A stretch of DNA of 64,000 nucleotides from Squalus acanthias (taxonomy: Eukaryota): the NCBI GenBank assembly GCA_030390025.1, contig CM059431.1, positions 115,694,001 to 115,758,000 on the forward strand, written 5' to 3'. Both the position numbers and the translations under genes were made by a program. Shown here piece after piece: positions 1 through 13,069 of this stretch. The notes beneath the pieces are model-generated. The model was not told where the DNA came from and made no database searches. It worked only from the letters and a program-made list of their open reading frames with translations. Every line of letters begins with the position of its first letter. Position 1 is the first letter of the stretch.

Positions 1-853
1 GAACAAGCCAACGACGACTCGAGTCCGGATCACTACCCACCAGGTACATGGTACATACTCATGTGACTCGGCCAACGTTGTCTACCTCATACGTTGCAGG
101 AAAGAATGCACCGCGGCATGGTACATCGGCGAGACCATGCAGACACTGAGACAACGTATGAACGAGCACCGCGCAACAATCGCCAGGCAGGATTGTTACC
201 TCCCAGTCGGGGAACACTTCAGCAGTCAAGGACATTCAGCCTCGGATCTGCGGGTAAGCGTTCTCCAAGGCAACCTTAGAAACACACGACAACGCAAAAT
301 CATCGAGCAGAAACTGATAGCCAAGTTCCGCACTCATGAAGACGGTCTCAACCGGGATCTTGGGTTTATGTCACGATACATGACGTGATCCGGACTCGAG
401 TCGTCGTTGGCTTGTTCACAGATGTGATTCCCAGTAAAAAAGTAAAAAAAATTTCCCAGTAAAAAAGTAAAATTTTTTAAAGCTTTTCGTTTTACATACA
501 GACGGCAACTTTTGATACGTTAGAACCCCTGCGACTACACCTCATTGTCTCAGTTGTATCTTGCTATGTCTTTGATGTGGTACCTTCCTGGCTGACTTGA
601 TTAACTTTATCACACCTCGGCAGATAGTCAGGATGATTTAATTTAGTGGTCTGCAATTGTAAGGTACACATGCTTTGTTCTCTATCTATATATGCTTTGG
701 CGATTCTGTATCTAATTTACTTCACCTGAGGAAGGAGCAATCGATAGCTCCGAAAGCTTGTGATTTCAAATAAAACTGTTGGACTATAACCTGGTGTTGT
801 GCGACCTCTCAATTTTGTCCACCCCAGTCCAACACCGGCATCTCCGCATCATA
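1..853 (+). mobile_element. Penelope-like element (Neptune-type), subfamily A: 5'-truncated GIY-YIG endonuclease end plus 3' pseudo-LTR, preceded by an inverted pLTR piece that runs off the window
   Basis: Reading frame to 388 gives VVYLIRC...WYIGET...LRQRMNEHR...EQKLIAKFRTHEDGLN (GIY-YIG). Bases 1-33 are the reverse complement of 385-417. Hammerhead at 722-763. Confidence 0.93.
722..763 (+). ncRNA. Minimal type I hammerhead ribozyme motif
   Basis: TCAC-CTGAGGA-A-GGAGC(aatcgata)GCTCC-GAAA-GC-TT-GTGA: CUGANGA and GAAA core, stem I TCAC/GTGA, stem II GGAGC/GCTCC, palindromic AAGCTT in place of stem III. Confidence 0.85.
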
Positions 854-2685
854 TATAACCACCGCAGGGGTTCCAACTGTGCCTGGATTTTATTGTTAGT
901 TGCAGCAACGGTTTTACAATTACCTTTACTGTACACAACGGAAGGACCCAAAACAAATTCTATTTGTTTGCTTGGACAAGTGTGTTCTGGGCAGATTTCA
1001 AATAGCCATTTGAATGTTATTCCTTATGATCACAACCCACTTTTAGCATTGCCATCTTCTCACCTTTGTAAGAGTAATTCACTTGTTTAATGGATTTAAA
1101 TCATCTAACAAACATCTATCACCTCTCAATGCAAAATGTGGCAGTCTTTCTCTGTCACCAGAGGTTTGAATCCTGGCATGGATTTCTCAGACACGGCACA
1201 TCTTAGTGCAGCTTCTGGGTTTTTGTCCATCAGTTGCGAGCCGCACTCTGACTTCATCAGAATGATTGCTGAGAATGTTGACTCGCACAATGAGATGCAC
1301 CAGACCTGCCCCTCTCTCCATCCAGAACGCAGTTTGGAAACTGTTTGCCCTTTTCCATGACGTGTCGTGCTGGAGCTGCTCGTTATTGGTTGGACTTGCT
1401 TTCTTCTGCTGGCCTGGAGCAGTTATTCCGATTGGTCTGTCTCCATACAATGTTGCTGGTGATTCCATGGTGCTGAAATCTGGTGTTCTCACCCGTGTTA
1501 CACACCATTTTAGCAGATAATCAATTAGCAGTAACCAAGGAAGGAAAGCGCGCACAACGATCAAAAATCACTCGGACACTCAGCTTTACATCTTGCCATT
1601 TTGCCAACAAACGCACAAATAGATTAAAGTTCACATGCGTCATGTCGTGCAAATATGATTATTGAGATCATATGCCCAACGATAGTGTCTATTAATCATC
1701 TTTTATTTACTAATCAAAAATTCAATTAGCCACATGTGACTAATGGCGAATGTAATGGACATCACTCTTCTAAAGTGCCAATCCCTGAAACTTGCTATAA
1801 GAGCATCAGACAGCGTGTGGTGACTGACTCACATTGGAATGTGGCCTGATGTGCTCTCAGAGACAGGTATACTTGCATGAACTTCCACTAGTCTCTATCT
1901 GCCTCTTTTATTAGTGCCTAAATACTTCTTTCGCCTATACTGCAAATACTGGGGACGATGTAATAACTGAATCTTAAATAAGGAGGTATTGGACAGACAG
2001 GTTGTAAAAAAAGACCAGCAATCTCCTGAACAGTAGAACAAGGTTGGGGGTCAAGTGCAGTTATATATCCAATCATAATTGTTTATTTTAGTGGCAATGA
2101 CTGTCTGAAACCATTGTACTCATGGCTTCAAAGAAGTATTGGATAATGATTTGTTTTCTTTTCACTATGTGTGTCTGTGCATGATTCAAGCTAGAATTTA
2201 ACATAGATTAATCAGAAATAGAAAGTTGTTAAGACAGTGTAGCTCAATTACTGCTCTGTTTCATTATACAGATGCACTTTGCCTTCCAATGTCACCATTC
2301 TCACAGACTTCAATACGGTTGCTGTCACTACATCTTTTAAATTGCATGGGGAGATATTTAACATGTCACATAATAATATTGCATGCATTTTAAATAGTTC
2401 ATTCAAACAATTGTTTCTGAGTATTTTTGTCTGTTCTAATTTCTCACAGAGCATCGACTTTGCCTTATATTAATTCTCTTGATGTACTGGTGGAGTTTCT
2501 TATGTTGTTGCTAATATAAATTGAGGGGCCTGCCTCTCTCTTACCTGTCTCTGTGTTGTTACTTCTCTCTTTCTCTCCTCTTCTGCTTGTCTTTATTCAT
2601 TTCCATCTCTCTCTTCATCTTTTCTCCCTCTCTCCCTTCAGTCCTTCTAGGAGGGAGGTGATGGATGGTGTGGTGGGAAAGGCAG

Positions 2686-3107
2686 TATAAGAACATAAGG
2701 ACATAAGAAATAGGAGCAGGAGTAGGCCATTTGGCCCCTCGAGCCTGCTCCGCCATTCAATAAGATCATGGCTGATCTTCTACCTCATCTCCACTTTCCT
2801 GCACTATCCCCATATCCCTTGATTTCCTTAATATTCAAAAATCTATCGATCTCTGTTTTGAATATACTCAACGACTGAGCCTCCACAGCCCTCTGGGGTA
2901 GAGAATTCCAAAGATTCACCATCCTCTGAGTGAAGAAATTTCTCCTCATCTCAGTCCTAAATGGCCGACCCCTTATTCTGAGACTGTGACCCCTGGTTCT
3001 AGACTCCCCAGCCAGGGGAAACATCCTCCCTGCATCTACCCTGTCAAGCCCTGTAAGAATTTTGTATGTTTCAATGAGATCACCTCTCATTCTTCTAAAC
3101 TCTAGAG
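2686..3107 (-). mobile_element. CR1 (HER1-like) LINE 3' end
   Basis: LEFRRMRGDLIETYKIL...RNFFTQRMVNLWNSLP, CR1 3' UTR hairpin (gagcagg...cctgctc) and short-repeat tail. Confidence 0.92.
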
Positions 3108-3299
3108 TTTGGTGGTGTTGGCTGCAGATGAGTGAGTGATCCATCCAGCACTGCAGGGCATGGGTCACGGTTGGGGGGAGGAATCCATATAGGCTGCATA
3201 TTTTGGTGACAAATGTGAGGTACCATTCAGGAATAATTCTGGCCAGCGATGGAAGACTGTACAAGAAACAGGAATGTGTCAATAATGGGATTTTTAATT

Positions 3300-3490
3300 G
3301 CAGTCTGTGACAGACAGAGAAGAAGGCATAGAGCTGGAGGTTTTGAGAGCCCGCAGTCCATTGGAAAAATGAGAAGTGTGGTGGAAGGGAGCCAAGCAGT
3401 GGGTGAAGGTGAGTAAGTGGAGTTGAAGTAGCGGAACAGGCTCGAGGGGCTGAATGGCCTACTCCTGCTCCTAATGTTGCTATGTTCCTA
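3300..3490 (+). mobile_element. Degenerate CR1 3' tail
   Basis: ggctcgaggggctgaatggcctactcctgctcct matches the other CR1 tails in the window. Confidence 0.7.
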
Positions 3491-3789
3491 AGAAATTGGC
3501 TATTTTCTGAGGATGACAAAGAGTGGGAGAACTGGGAGATGGGAATGAGAAGGTGCCACAGTAGCACCAGTGGTGGGTTGCCTGCAACTACTGTGTGACA
3601 GACCATTGTTCATATTGGAAATTCCCATAGACAATTTCTATTGTCAGTGTTGACTTAAAGAGTGTTACTCAAAATTATAACACAATAAGTTAAACAGGAA
3701 ATGCATGTATTTGCAAGACTTTTACTAATATGTAGATACATTTTTTTAAATAATGTTGCTATACATATCCTTACAGAGAATTAGTGGAG

Positions 3790-4260
3790 GTTTAAGTGAT
3801 ACGTTGTCCCGGCGAAGTGATCGTGCTCGCCACTGACCTCGAAGAAAGCTGCCCACAAAGATCTAGCAATCTCTGTGGCGCCAATTTCACTTCTCCCGAC
3901 GTTAGTTTGAATTTGATGCCAAGCCTAAGAGATCTCCAGCATCCAGAAACAGTGATGTCATCAAGCTGGCTAAGCAGCCAATCACATTGAAGAATTCTCA
4001 CAGACAGCAAACCAGGAAGTAAAAAGTAGGTTTTATCCTTCATTTTACAGAGAGCAAAATAAAGATTGGGACATACACATGGGATTAAGGTAGAAGCTGA
4101 AATATCATAAACAAACTTTAAAAAGAAGTTATAAAAAAACATGGAATTTTTATCATAATGGAAAAAAATTGACATTCCACAAATATAAAATTAGTTTTTC
4201 AGGGCCAGAACGGTTGTTCAACAGTAATTATGACTCAGTATTAAAACTCAGCTATACCTC
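3790..4260. mobile_element. Probable DNA-transposon/MITE remnant truncated by the adjacent CR1
   Basis: CpG-rich start, CCAAT/TGATGTCA motifs and an AT-rich core like the other MITEs here. No TIR pair found. Confidence 0.35.
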
Positions 4261-4261
4261 A

Positions 4262-6470
4262 TTCAACAGGGTAATGGATTGGAGAACAGATGATTTTGAG
4301 GGGCTGAGAATAGAACTTGGGAAAATAAAATGGACAACAGTATTGGCAAACAATGATGTAGAACAGCAATGGGAAACATTTAAAATGATGTTCAACAGAG
4401 TCCAGGAAAAATAAATTCCGCTAATAAACAAGAACAAGCTAAACACTAATGAGACACCATGGATGAATAAAGCCGCAAGGGAAAAATTGAGGGTAAGGAA
4501 AGAGGCATACATTAAGTACATGGACAGCAGGGGAGAGCATGATAAGGGAGAATAGGAAGAGATTAGGAGAGAAGTAAAAAAAAACAATTAGGAAGCCAAA
4601 GAGGAACTATGAAATTAAATTATTAAGGAACAAAAAACAAAATAGTAAAATATTTTACAGGCACATAAATAAAAAAAGGAAGGTCGGGATGGGAATAGGG
4701 CCATTAAGGGATGGAGAGGATAATACCATAGGCAGCAATAGAGAGATGGCAGAGATATTAATTAATTACTTTACTTCAGTATTTATCAGGGAGATACAGC
4801 AGGTGGAGATGACATCGGATGATGAGATTAGTAATGAGTCAACTGCATTTAAAATAAAATGAGAAGATATACTAAATAAACTAATGAAACTCAAAGAGGA
4901 TAAAACCCCTGGTCCAGACAGATTACATCCATGCATTTTAAAAGAATCTAAGGAAGAAATAGCAGAGGCATTACTACACATATTTAGTAATTCTTTAGAA
5001 AAAGGTGTAACGCCAGAGGACTGGCAGATAGCTAATGTAATACCTATAATTAAGAAGGGGATAGAACATGTCCAGGGAACTATAGGCCAGTCAGCTTAAC
5101 ATCGGTGGTAGGAAAAATAATGGAATCCCTACTAAAGGAGAAAATAGAAGAACATCTAGAAACAAAAAATATAATAATAAATAGTCAGCAAGGATTTCAA
5201 AAGGGAAAGTCTTGCTTGACCAACCTAATTGAATTTTTTGAAGAGGTAACAGAGAGAGTAGACAATGGTAATGTAGTAGATGTAATTTATCTAGATTTTC
5301 AAAAGGCCTTCGATAAGGTACCCCATAATAGACTGATGAATAAGGTCAGGAAATGCGGAGTCAGGGGACAAGTCGCAGAATGGATAGCTAGCTGGCTTCA
5401 AGACAGAAAGCTGAGAGTAGGCATAAAGGGTAGCTATTCAGAATGGCAGAAGGTGGGAAGTGTTGTTCCGCAAGGATCAGTGCTGGGACCACTGTTGTTC
5501 ACAATTTACATTAACGATTTAGACTTTGGAATCAAAAACACAATTTCTAAATTTGTGGATGACACCAAATTGGGGGGGGGGGGGGAAGCCAATACTGAGG
5601 AGGACTGCAACAAATTACAAGAAGACATTAATAAACTTGCAGAATGAGCATATAATTGGCAAATGAAATTCAACAAAGATAAATGTGAGGTAACATTTTG
5701 GTAAGAAAAATAAGGAGGTCACATATTACTTGGAAAATAAGAATCTAATTGGGGTAGAGGAACAAAGGGATCTTGGAGTACAAATACACAAATCACTAAA
5801 AGTATCGACACAGGTTAACAAGGCCATAAAAAAGGCAAACCAAGCACTAGGGTTTATTTCTAGAGGGATAGAATTGAAAAGTAGTGAAGTTATGCTAAAC
5901 TTGTATCGAACCCTGGTTAGTCCACACTTGGAGTACTGTGTGCAATTCTGGTCACCATATTAAAGAAAGGATATAGAGGCACTGGAGAGGGTGCAGAGAA
6001 GATTTACAAGGATGATACCAGAAATGCGAGGGTATGCCTATCAGGAAAGGATGAACAAGCTGGGACTCTTTTCTCTTGAAAAGAGAAGGCTGAGGGGGTG
6101 ACCTAATAGAGGTCTTTAAAATCATGAAAGGTTTTGATAGAGTAGATACAGAGAGAGTGTTTCCACTTGGGGGGAAGAGCAAAACTAGATGCCATCAATA
6201 TAAGATAGTCACCAAAAAATCAAATTCAGAAGAAACTTCTTTACCCAGAGAGTGGTGAGAATGTGGAACTTGCTCCCATCGGGAGTGGTTGAAGCGAATA
6301 GTATAGAAGCATTTAAGGGTCGATTAGATAAGCATATGAGGGAGAAGGGAATAGAGGGTTATGCTGATAGATTTAGATGAGGAAAGACGGGAGGAGGCTT
6401 GAGTGGAACATAAACTGGTTGGGCCGAATGGCCTGTTTCTGTGCTGTATATCCTATGTAATCCTATGTAA
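4262..6470 (+). mobile_element. CR1 LINE, 5'-truncated, decayed ORF2 (RT) to 3' tail
   Basis: KTPGPDRLHP, QQGFQKGKSCLTNL, YLDFQKAFDKVPH, VPQGSVLGPLLF, FVDDTKL, HLEYCVQFWSP. Several stops and frameshifts. Confidence 0.95.
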
Positions 6471-7425
6471 CCATGGAAATCAACTAAATTAGTCAAGTCA
6501 GAATGATACAGAATAAAATGTGAATCAAAATGTGCCATAACTGTCACTTACTCCCTGCCAACACTAGGGTTTTTAAAACATGGAAGTGGAATAAACACTG
6601 GGCAGAATCATTCTAATGTGCTTTCATGTGTGTAGAATGGACAGAAATCAGCAAGGTGTCCCACAAAACTTGCACATATTGTACAAAGATAAGGTTAAAT
6701 ATTTTTGAACCCATATCAGCTCAATTTAGGTTGATATCAATTTGAAATTTCTTTTACATCTCACTTTAACTTCCTCTCCCCCTGGAACCTTATGCACTCC
6801 TTCAAATTACCTCCTACTTATTTGGTCAAAAAAGTTTGTTCATTTTTAGTCCTCTCACTCCACTCTTGGAGGTTATGTCCTGCCCTATCTGCAACACTGC
6901 TCCAGGCAAAGGCCAACACCTCTGAATAACTCCCAGGGACAGTAGTAGGTCTCCTTAATCCTTCAAATATAGGTCTTATTTATCTTGAATTTCAATAACA
7001 GATCATATGTGAACCTGGTAAAAATCGGACTACAATCATCCTTCGTACTGTCTGCCTAAAACAACACCATCAATTTCTAAAAATGATGTAGCCAGATCTT
7101 TAAAAATATAAGTCTGAACAGCTTTACTCTTGAGTTTGACCTCAATTTATTCTTACAATACAGATCATATTTCATGGACTGCATCTGTTAAGTCTGCTCT
7201 TCCTTATCCTCCACTATTGCCTAAAATGCACCAGTGTTCTCAAATCTTTTCCATTGAGACAGATACTCAATCTCTTAGAGCATTTCCCATCTTCTGATAA
7301 CATCATTAAAGATAACAATTTATTCATGATGTTGAACACAAACTCTTTCACAAGATGACGTGTCAATTCAGCAAAATTAAATATAAGGCAATCAAAATTC
7401 ACTTCCATTCACTAAGCAGGTAACA

Positions 7426-7847
7426 TACATAGAAACATAGAATCTAGGAGCAGGAGTAGGCCATTCGGCCCGTCGAGCCTGCTCCACCATTCAATACGAT
7501 CATGGCTGATCATTCAAATCCAGTACCCTGTCCCTGCTTTAATCCCCACAGTACACATATCCCACCCTACCCCCGTAACCCCACGTATTTAATTCCCCCT
7601 AACATATCCCATCCTATCCCCACATATTTAATCCCCCCCTAACACTAAGGGTCAATTTATCATAGCCAAATCAACCTAACCCGCACATTTTTGGACTGTG
7701 GGAGGAAACCGGAGCACCCGGAGGAAACCCACGCAGACACGGGGAGAATGTGCAAACTCCACACAGACAGTCACCTGAGGTCGGATTCGAACCCGGGTCC
7801 CTGGCGCTGTGAGGCACCAGTGCTAACCACTATGCCACCGTGTTGCC
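7426..7847 (-). mobile_element. HE1-like V-SINE (tRNA head, V domain, CR1-like tail)
   Basis: Minus strand has A box TGGCATAGTGG, B box GGTTCGAATCC, V-domain gtggagtttgcacattctccccgtgtctgcgtgggtttcctccggg, and a CR1-type tail. Confidence 0.88.
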
Positions 7848-8354
7848 CACAGGTAGGAAAATATTACTGATCAACAATACCAAACCATCACAACACAAGC
7901 AAAGCAAGTCACACATTTATTTTTCTAACCCAGCAATTTTTCAAACTAATTTCAATTGCCATTTTCCTTCTTCACCGAGGTCATATTCTTATTCTGGCAG
8001 AAACCGGGCCTAGGGGAGTTGGAGGGGAGGGTGGGGGTGCGGGTGGGTAGTTAAAATTAGACCAGTCATTTAACCCCCTCTAGTCCCGTTGCCTTCCCAC
8101 CGTGTCCCAATCTTAAGCTGCTCTTTTCAGCAGGCAAGGCAGCGGGGTCCTTTAAATATACGGATCAGGTCCGATGATGTCATTGGGATTCGATCTGCCA
8201 TTTTAGTTGAAGGTCTCAGCATGAAGGGGGTAACGGCAGTGACGCCTAAAAAAAAAGGCCCCAACAAATTAGCAGCAAGATCAATGCCTGCGCCGATTGG
8301 GCGCAGGCAGTTCCAGTGCTAAATTGGTATGAAAGCACTAAGCTTTTGTGAAAA

Positions 8355-8803
8355 AGAAAGACTTGCATTTATATAGCGCCTTTCATGACCTCATGGTACC
8401 AATGAAATCCTTTTGAAATGTAGTCACTGTTGTAATGTAGGAAACGCAGCAGCAAATTTGCACACAGCAAGATCCCACTAAGAGCAAGGTGATACTGACC
8501 AGATAATCTGTTTTTTTAGTGATGTTGAGTGAGGGATAAATATTGGCAAGGACACCGGGGATAACTCCGCTGCTCTTCTTCGAAATAGTGCCATGGGATC
8601 TTTTACGTCTATCTGAGAGAGGACACAGGGCCTCGGTTTAATGTCTTCATTTGAAAGATGACACCTCCAACAGTGCAGCACTCCCTCAATACTACACTGG
8701 AGGGTCAGCCTAGATTTTGTGGTCAAGTCTCATGGAGTGAGGCTTGAACTCACAACCTTCTGACTCAGAGGTGAGGGTGCTACCAACTGAGCCACGGCTG
8801 ACA
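8355..8803 (-). mobile_element. SacSINE1-like DeuSINE
   Basis: tRNA-like head (gtggctcagttggtagc...gagttcaagcc), Deu-domain cgtaaaagatcccatggcactatttcgaagaagagc, L2-like tail ggcgctatataaatgcaagtctttc. Confidence 0.88.
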
Positions 8804-9799
8804 CCACAGAGTAACATTGCTGAGAATAATATCTACCCTTCTATGTCATTTGTCCAAGAGACATGGATAAAATTTAAATTGCTTAATAGATCTAGAAGTC
8901 ACATGTGTACTAATAGTGATAAACCTGTTCTCTTAAATTCTGCCAAATGTACAGAATAATAATAATCTTGATATTGAAGTGTGATGACCCAACAAAATAC
9001 TTGTGACCCAAATTTGACTGTTACACTTGAGATGACAGCTGTTGGGAAGAAATATTCCTCTACAGGGGTAGCCTGAATGCATTTTGTATCCTGCTTCCAA
9101 TTAACATGCATAACTATCAGTCCCCTAGGCTTTGTCCAGGCTGATGTGTTTTTGATGAAACCCAGAGATGCTCATCTTTCACATGATGCTCTTATTTTTA
9201 TTTCCTATTTTGTTCACTGCTAAGCAGGTGGTGACATTTATCACTATGTTCAGTACTAGGATCCGGTGGAATGGACTAGAACTGAATAGATCTGTGTAAT
9301 GTTTTGAGTTTCATCCATTACTTCATGTGAACTTTTCACTCGCGATAAATATTTATTACCTTATTTACGTGCCCCTGTACCTACAGCACAGGTTAAACAA
9401 ACTGCAGGCATCTATGACCCAGCCAAACCGTCAATATTTTAATGCGTTTCCTGCATTTCTTGATCTTCAGAAGTGACACTAGTGCTCCCTTCCCCTGCTT
9501 TATAGGCTACAGTGACAATGTAACAAAACATATTTTGATTGTGACATTATGGGCTCCTCACTAGCACAGAAACAGCAAAAAAAAAAACCTTGCTTTCCAA
9601 GGGTTATATTATCACAAGGGGCTCTTTTACTTTGAGAAAGTCTGTGTGCTGCTTCTACCTGTGTCTATTTTTCTTTCAGTTTATCGCCAATGGTTGCTAG
9701 CACCAGATTAAATACTTCTCCTGGAGCATTTGATCATCCATCACTTTGGAATATGTGCTACATAAACACGGATGCCCTGCTAAAAAAAATAGCAAAGCT

Positions 9800-10240
9800 G
9801 AGGGTAAGCGTTCTCCAAGGCGGCCTTCGAGATACACGACAGCGCAAAATCATAGAGCAGAAACTGATAGCCAAGTTCCGCACTCATGAGGATGGCCTCA
9901 ATCGCGATATCGGGTTCATGTCACAATACAGAACGTGACTTGACATCATGGCCGGTCTTCCCAGGTGTTTTTTTTTTAAAAAGACTAACACAAATTGACA
10001 GGATATGCAGCCAGCAGGTGGTTTGACACGTTGGACCCCCTGGGACACATCTCATTGTCTTGGCTGTGCTCTTTGTTGTAGGGAATAATGTGAATAGATT
10101 TTGTCTGGGTTTAAATTGTGAATTCTGGGAGATTCTCTCATTGCTAACTTACCTGACGAAGGAGCGAACTGCTTCGAAAGCTTGTAAAATTAAATAAATC
10201 TGTTGGACTATAACCTGGTGTTGTGCGACTTCTCATTTTT
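9800..10240 (+). mobile_element. Penelope-like element, subfamily B, 3' fragment
   Basis: LRVSVLQGGLRDTRQRKIIEQKLIAKFRTHEDGLNRD. Near-identical to 42645-43094. Confidence 0.93.
10149..10187 (+). ncRNA. Minimal hammerhead ribozyme motif
   Basis: TTAC-CTGACGA-A-GGAGC(gaact)GCTTC-GAAA-GC-TT-GTAA. Confidence 0.8.
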
Positions 10241-10274
10241 GATCACGTTAGAAAGTAAGATTATTAGGAAAACA

Positions 10275-10660
10275 GACCAAGGTGCTTCACCGAGCCACAT
10301 AAAGAGATATTAGGACAGGTGACCAAAAGCTTAGTCAAAAAGGTAGATTTTAATGAGCGTCTTAAAGGAGGAGAGAGAGGTAGAGAGGCAGAGAGGTTTA
10401 GGGAAGGAATTCCAGAGTTTAGGGCCTAGACAGGTGAAGGCACGGTCGCCAATGGAGGGGTAAAGCAAATCGGGGATGCACTAATGGCCAGAATTGGAGG
10501 AATGCTGAGTTCCCGGAGGGTTGTAGAACTGGAGGAGGTTACAGAGTTAGGGTTGGGGTGAGGCCATGGAGGGTTTTGAAAACAAGAATGAGTATTTTAA
10601 ATCTGAAGCGTTGCTGGACCGGGAGCCAATATAGATCAGCAAGCACAGGGTACTTAATGG
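10275..10660 (-). mobile_element. L2 LINE 3' fragment
   Basis: Similar to 26120-26560 and 50990-51700 (WNSLP region). Confidence 0.8.
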
Positions 10661-12016
10661 GAAGAGTCGAGGAGCAGACAAATAGTATGCTAGATAGTTA
10701 TGAAGGGAGCTTTTAGAGAGTATTGGAATTGATTGAAAGTTCACTAGTAATAAAGAAAGCTGGACTGCTCATGTCATAGCTATGTGTGCTTGACATTTCT
10801 ATTCCTGTAACTTCTCCATAAGATAAGACAATAGTAATTAATGATAATAATTATTAATAGAATATATGCTGCAAAACATTTTCATTAGCTTACAAAATAA
10901 GAAACTAATATGAGGATTTCCTCATTCAAAACACAATCATACTTTGAGGATATGCAACTTTTATCACCCTGATTTATGGTGAATCAAGGCTTACCCTGGA
11001 TACCATTACTGATTTAAAAAAATATATATATTTTAGAATTTACAAATGTTTTTAAGAAGTTTAAAATAACTAATGTAACAGCAATACAGCCTTTGACTAC
11101 TCATCTAGGTTGTATGTAACACACCGCACCTCTGGATGTTCTTCCAGATTCCTCGGTAATGTGTTATTCCTGTGTTAAGTCTACGAAGAGTTATTAGCAC
11201 TATCTGAGGAGATGACCTCTTTCCTCCCTGCCATTCCTATAGAGTGGAAATGGTCATTCTTGGTTAACCCTCGGATTCCAAATGTCCTTTTAGAATTTTT
11301 TCGTCTGAAATACGGTTCAAACTCAGTCCATGTCTCTTTCCCGCATTTAATTCCTCGGATCAACATTTCTATAAACAAGCCAAAATGAGACTAATGTATA
11401 ACAGATTGCATTTCACTTTTAGGAACAGCAATTACTATAACGAGGAGCACTTGGGACTCATTCAGATTTAAGATGAAGATTTGGATACTAACCACACCCC
11501 TCTCCAAAGAAAATCCATTTTCATCACTGTCCAAAAGCAAAAGGGATCCGCACTTGAACCTGAAGAGTCTCTGCTAACTGGCAGGAGGCGCACATGCATC
11601 CTGACACTCCCACGTTTTATTCTTATAAAGACCTTGATACAGGGGGAAAAAGAGGAAAAGGTTAAAAATAATGCTACCCAGAAAGTTGAATTTATTTAAA
11701 TTAATCATTTAAGTTGGTCTAACCAATAACCTTAACCGGGGGAATCTGCAAGAAAGCAATGTGTGACGTTAGCAGCAGGTTGTCACTGGAAGGTGTAAAC
11801 TCCATGTAATAAGTTCCAGATTTGGTGCCATTGTTCAGATTTATTTTAGTAATCAAATAAGGGGAAAGGTTTCCTCTCTATATACTTGGTAGCTAAATCA
11901 TAAACACATTCTTTATGCTCACATTTCCAATTTTGCTACAAATTGAGAACAAGGAAAATCTTCCTCCCAGAAGGGCAGTAAAACAAGCAGAGAAATCTAT
12001 AATTGCACATACATAA

Positions 12017-12625
12017 GGGGGAATTTTAACTCCCCCGCCCCCTGGCCACCCAGCAGAAACGGAGTTAAAATGGAGTGGATCAATTCTCACCCTGCAGTGA
12101 TTTCAACACTGCTGTTTTTTTGGATGGCCATGATGCCCGCCTGAATCAGGTGGAAGCCTCATAAATTGATGCCAAACCGGGTTATTACATAGATAAGACC
12201 CCAATGGCATTTTAACCGCTGAATGAACTGAGTGCCCAGTGCAGCCGCCCCGCTCAGTGAAACTTGATCTGTGGGAAGAAGAGCCCCTGTAAGATATGAG
12301 TTAAACTTTCCTTTGTGGGGTCAGCAGGATTAGGAATGCTCCTCTGGGGCCCAGAGGGAAAGTCTGGGCCTCTTCTGCCTTACCCTTCCCACCCATGTAA
12401 CCCTGCTCAAAATATCGCCGTGTCTTTATCTGAATGCCGGCTGGTAACCTCTTCAACCGCCCAATCTTCAATGGCCAACAGCTGGCCAGCTGCTTCTTCC
12501 AGCCTGTTTCTGGTGGCAGCTGGCCAGCGGAACGTAAATGAGGCTCGGCCGGGTCTCCTGTTGCCACTCCCAGGCCACCACCCACTTGCCCAGCTGGCTT
12601 CCCGCCCGGGAGTTAAAATCTCCCC
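12017..12625. mobile_element. PIF/Harbinger-type MITE
   Basis: TIRs GGGGGAATTTTAACTCCC / GGGAGTTAAAATCTCCCC, flanked by TAA and TAT. Confidence 0.75.
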
Positions 12626-13069
12626 TATAGTTTCAAGGAAAAACTAGTACACGAAAGGTGAGAAAATTCATTTAAAACATTAACTGAATGAGTTTTATTT
12701 CCCCCCCCAGTGGTCGTGATTGTTCGCATTGTATACCATTAATTCACTGCATACGAAGGACTGCTCTGTAGCAGACTCATATACAGGCTGATACCAGAGG
12801 GGAAATGAGTACAGCCCACCCAATCCATGCACCACCGGAATAGTAACTGAACTCGATGGCAAGACCTGTGCATTCCAGCACGGCTGTTCCCCGCTGCTCT
12901 CATCAACAAAAACTCCCTGATCTAAAAATTGGTAGCATCACTATTTACAACTTCAGCAAAAGATTCATCACCTTTTGTACAATGCTCTATTATCATTCTC
13001 TGTTAGTGTCCGCGAGGGAGAGATAACTAGGGTCTCTTTGGTGTTGAGGCGACTCCAATATGATAGACC

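Noticed and set aside
429..472. Direct repeat ttcccagtaaaaaagtaaaa as an array or CRISPR
   Set aside because: Only two units, and it is part of the Penelope subfamily A UTR (also at ~17945-17985).
385..720. SECIS or selenocysteine read-through of the Penelope TGA
   Set aside because: The TGA lies at the normal endonuclease C-terminus, and I see no convincing SECIS fold.
2785..3606. 273-aa ORF as a host gene
   Set aside because: It is a chance fusion of antisense CR1 tail and unique sequence with a CR1 ORF2 end.
12695..12920. Minus-strand open frame GVFVDESSGEQPCW... as a coding exon
   Set aside because: No recognisable domain, weak splice sites, and the length is within chance.
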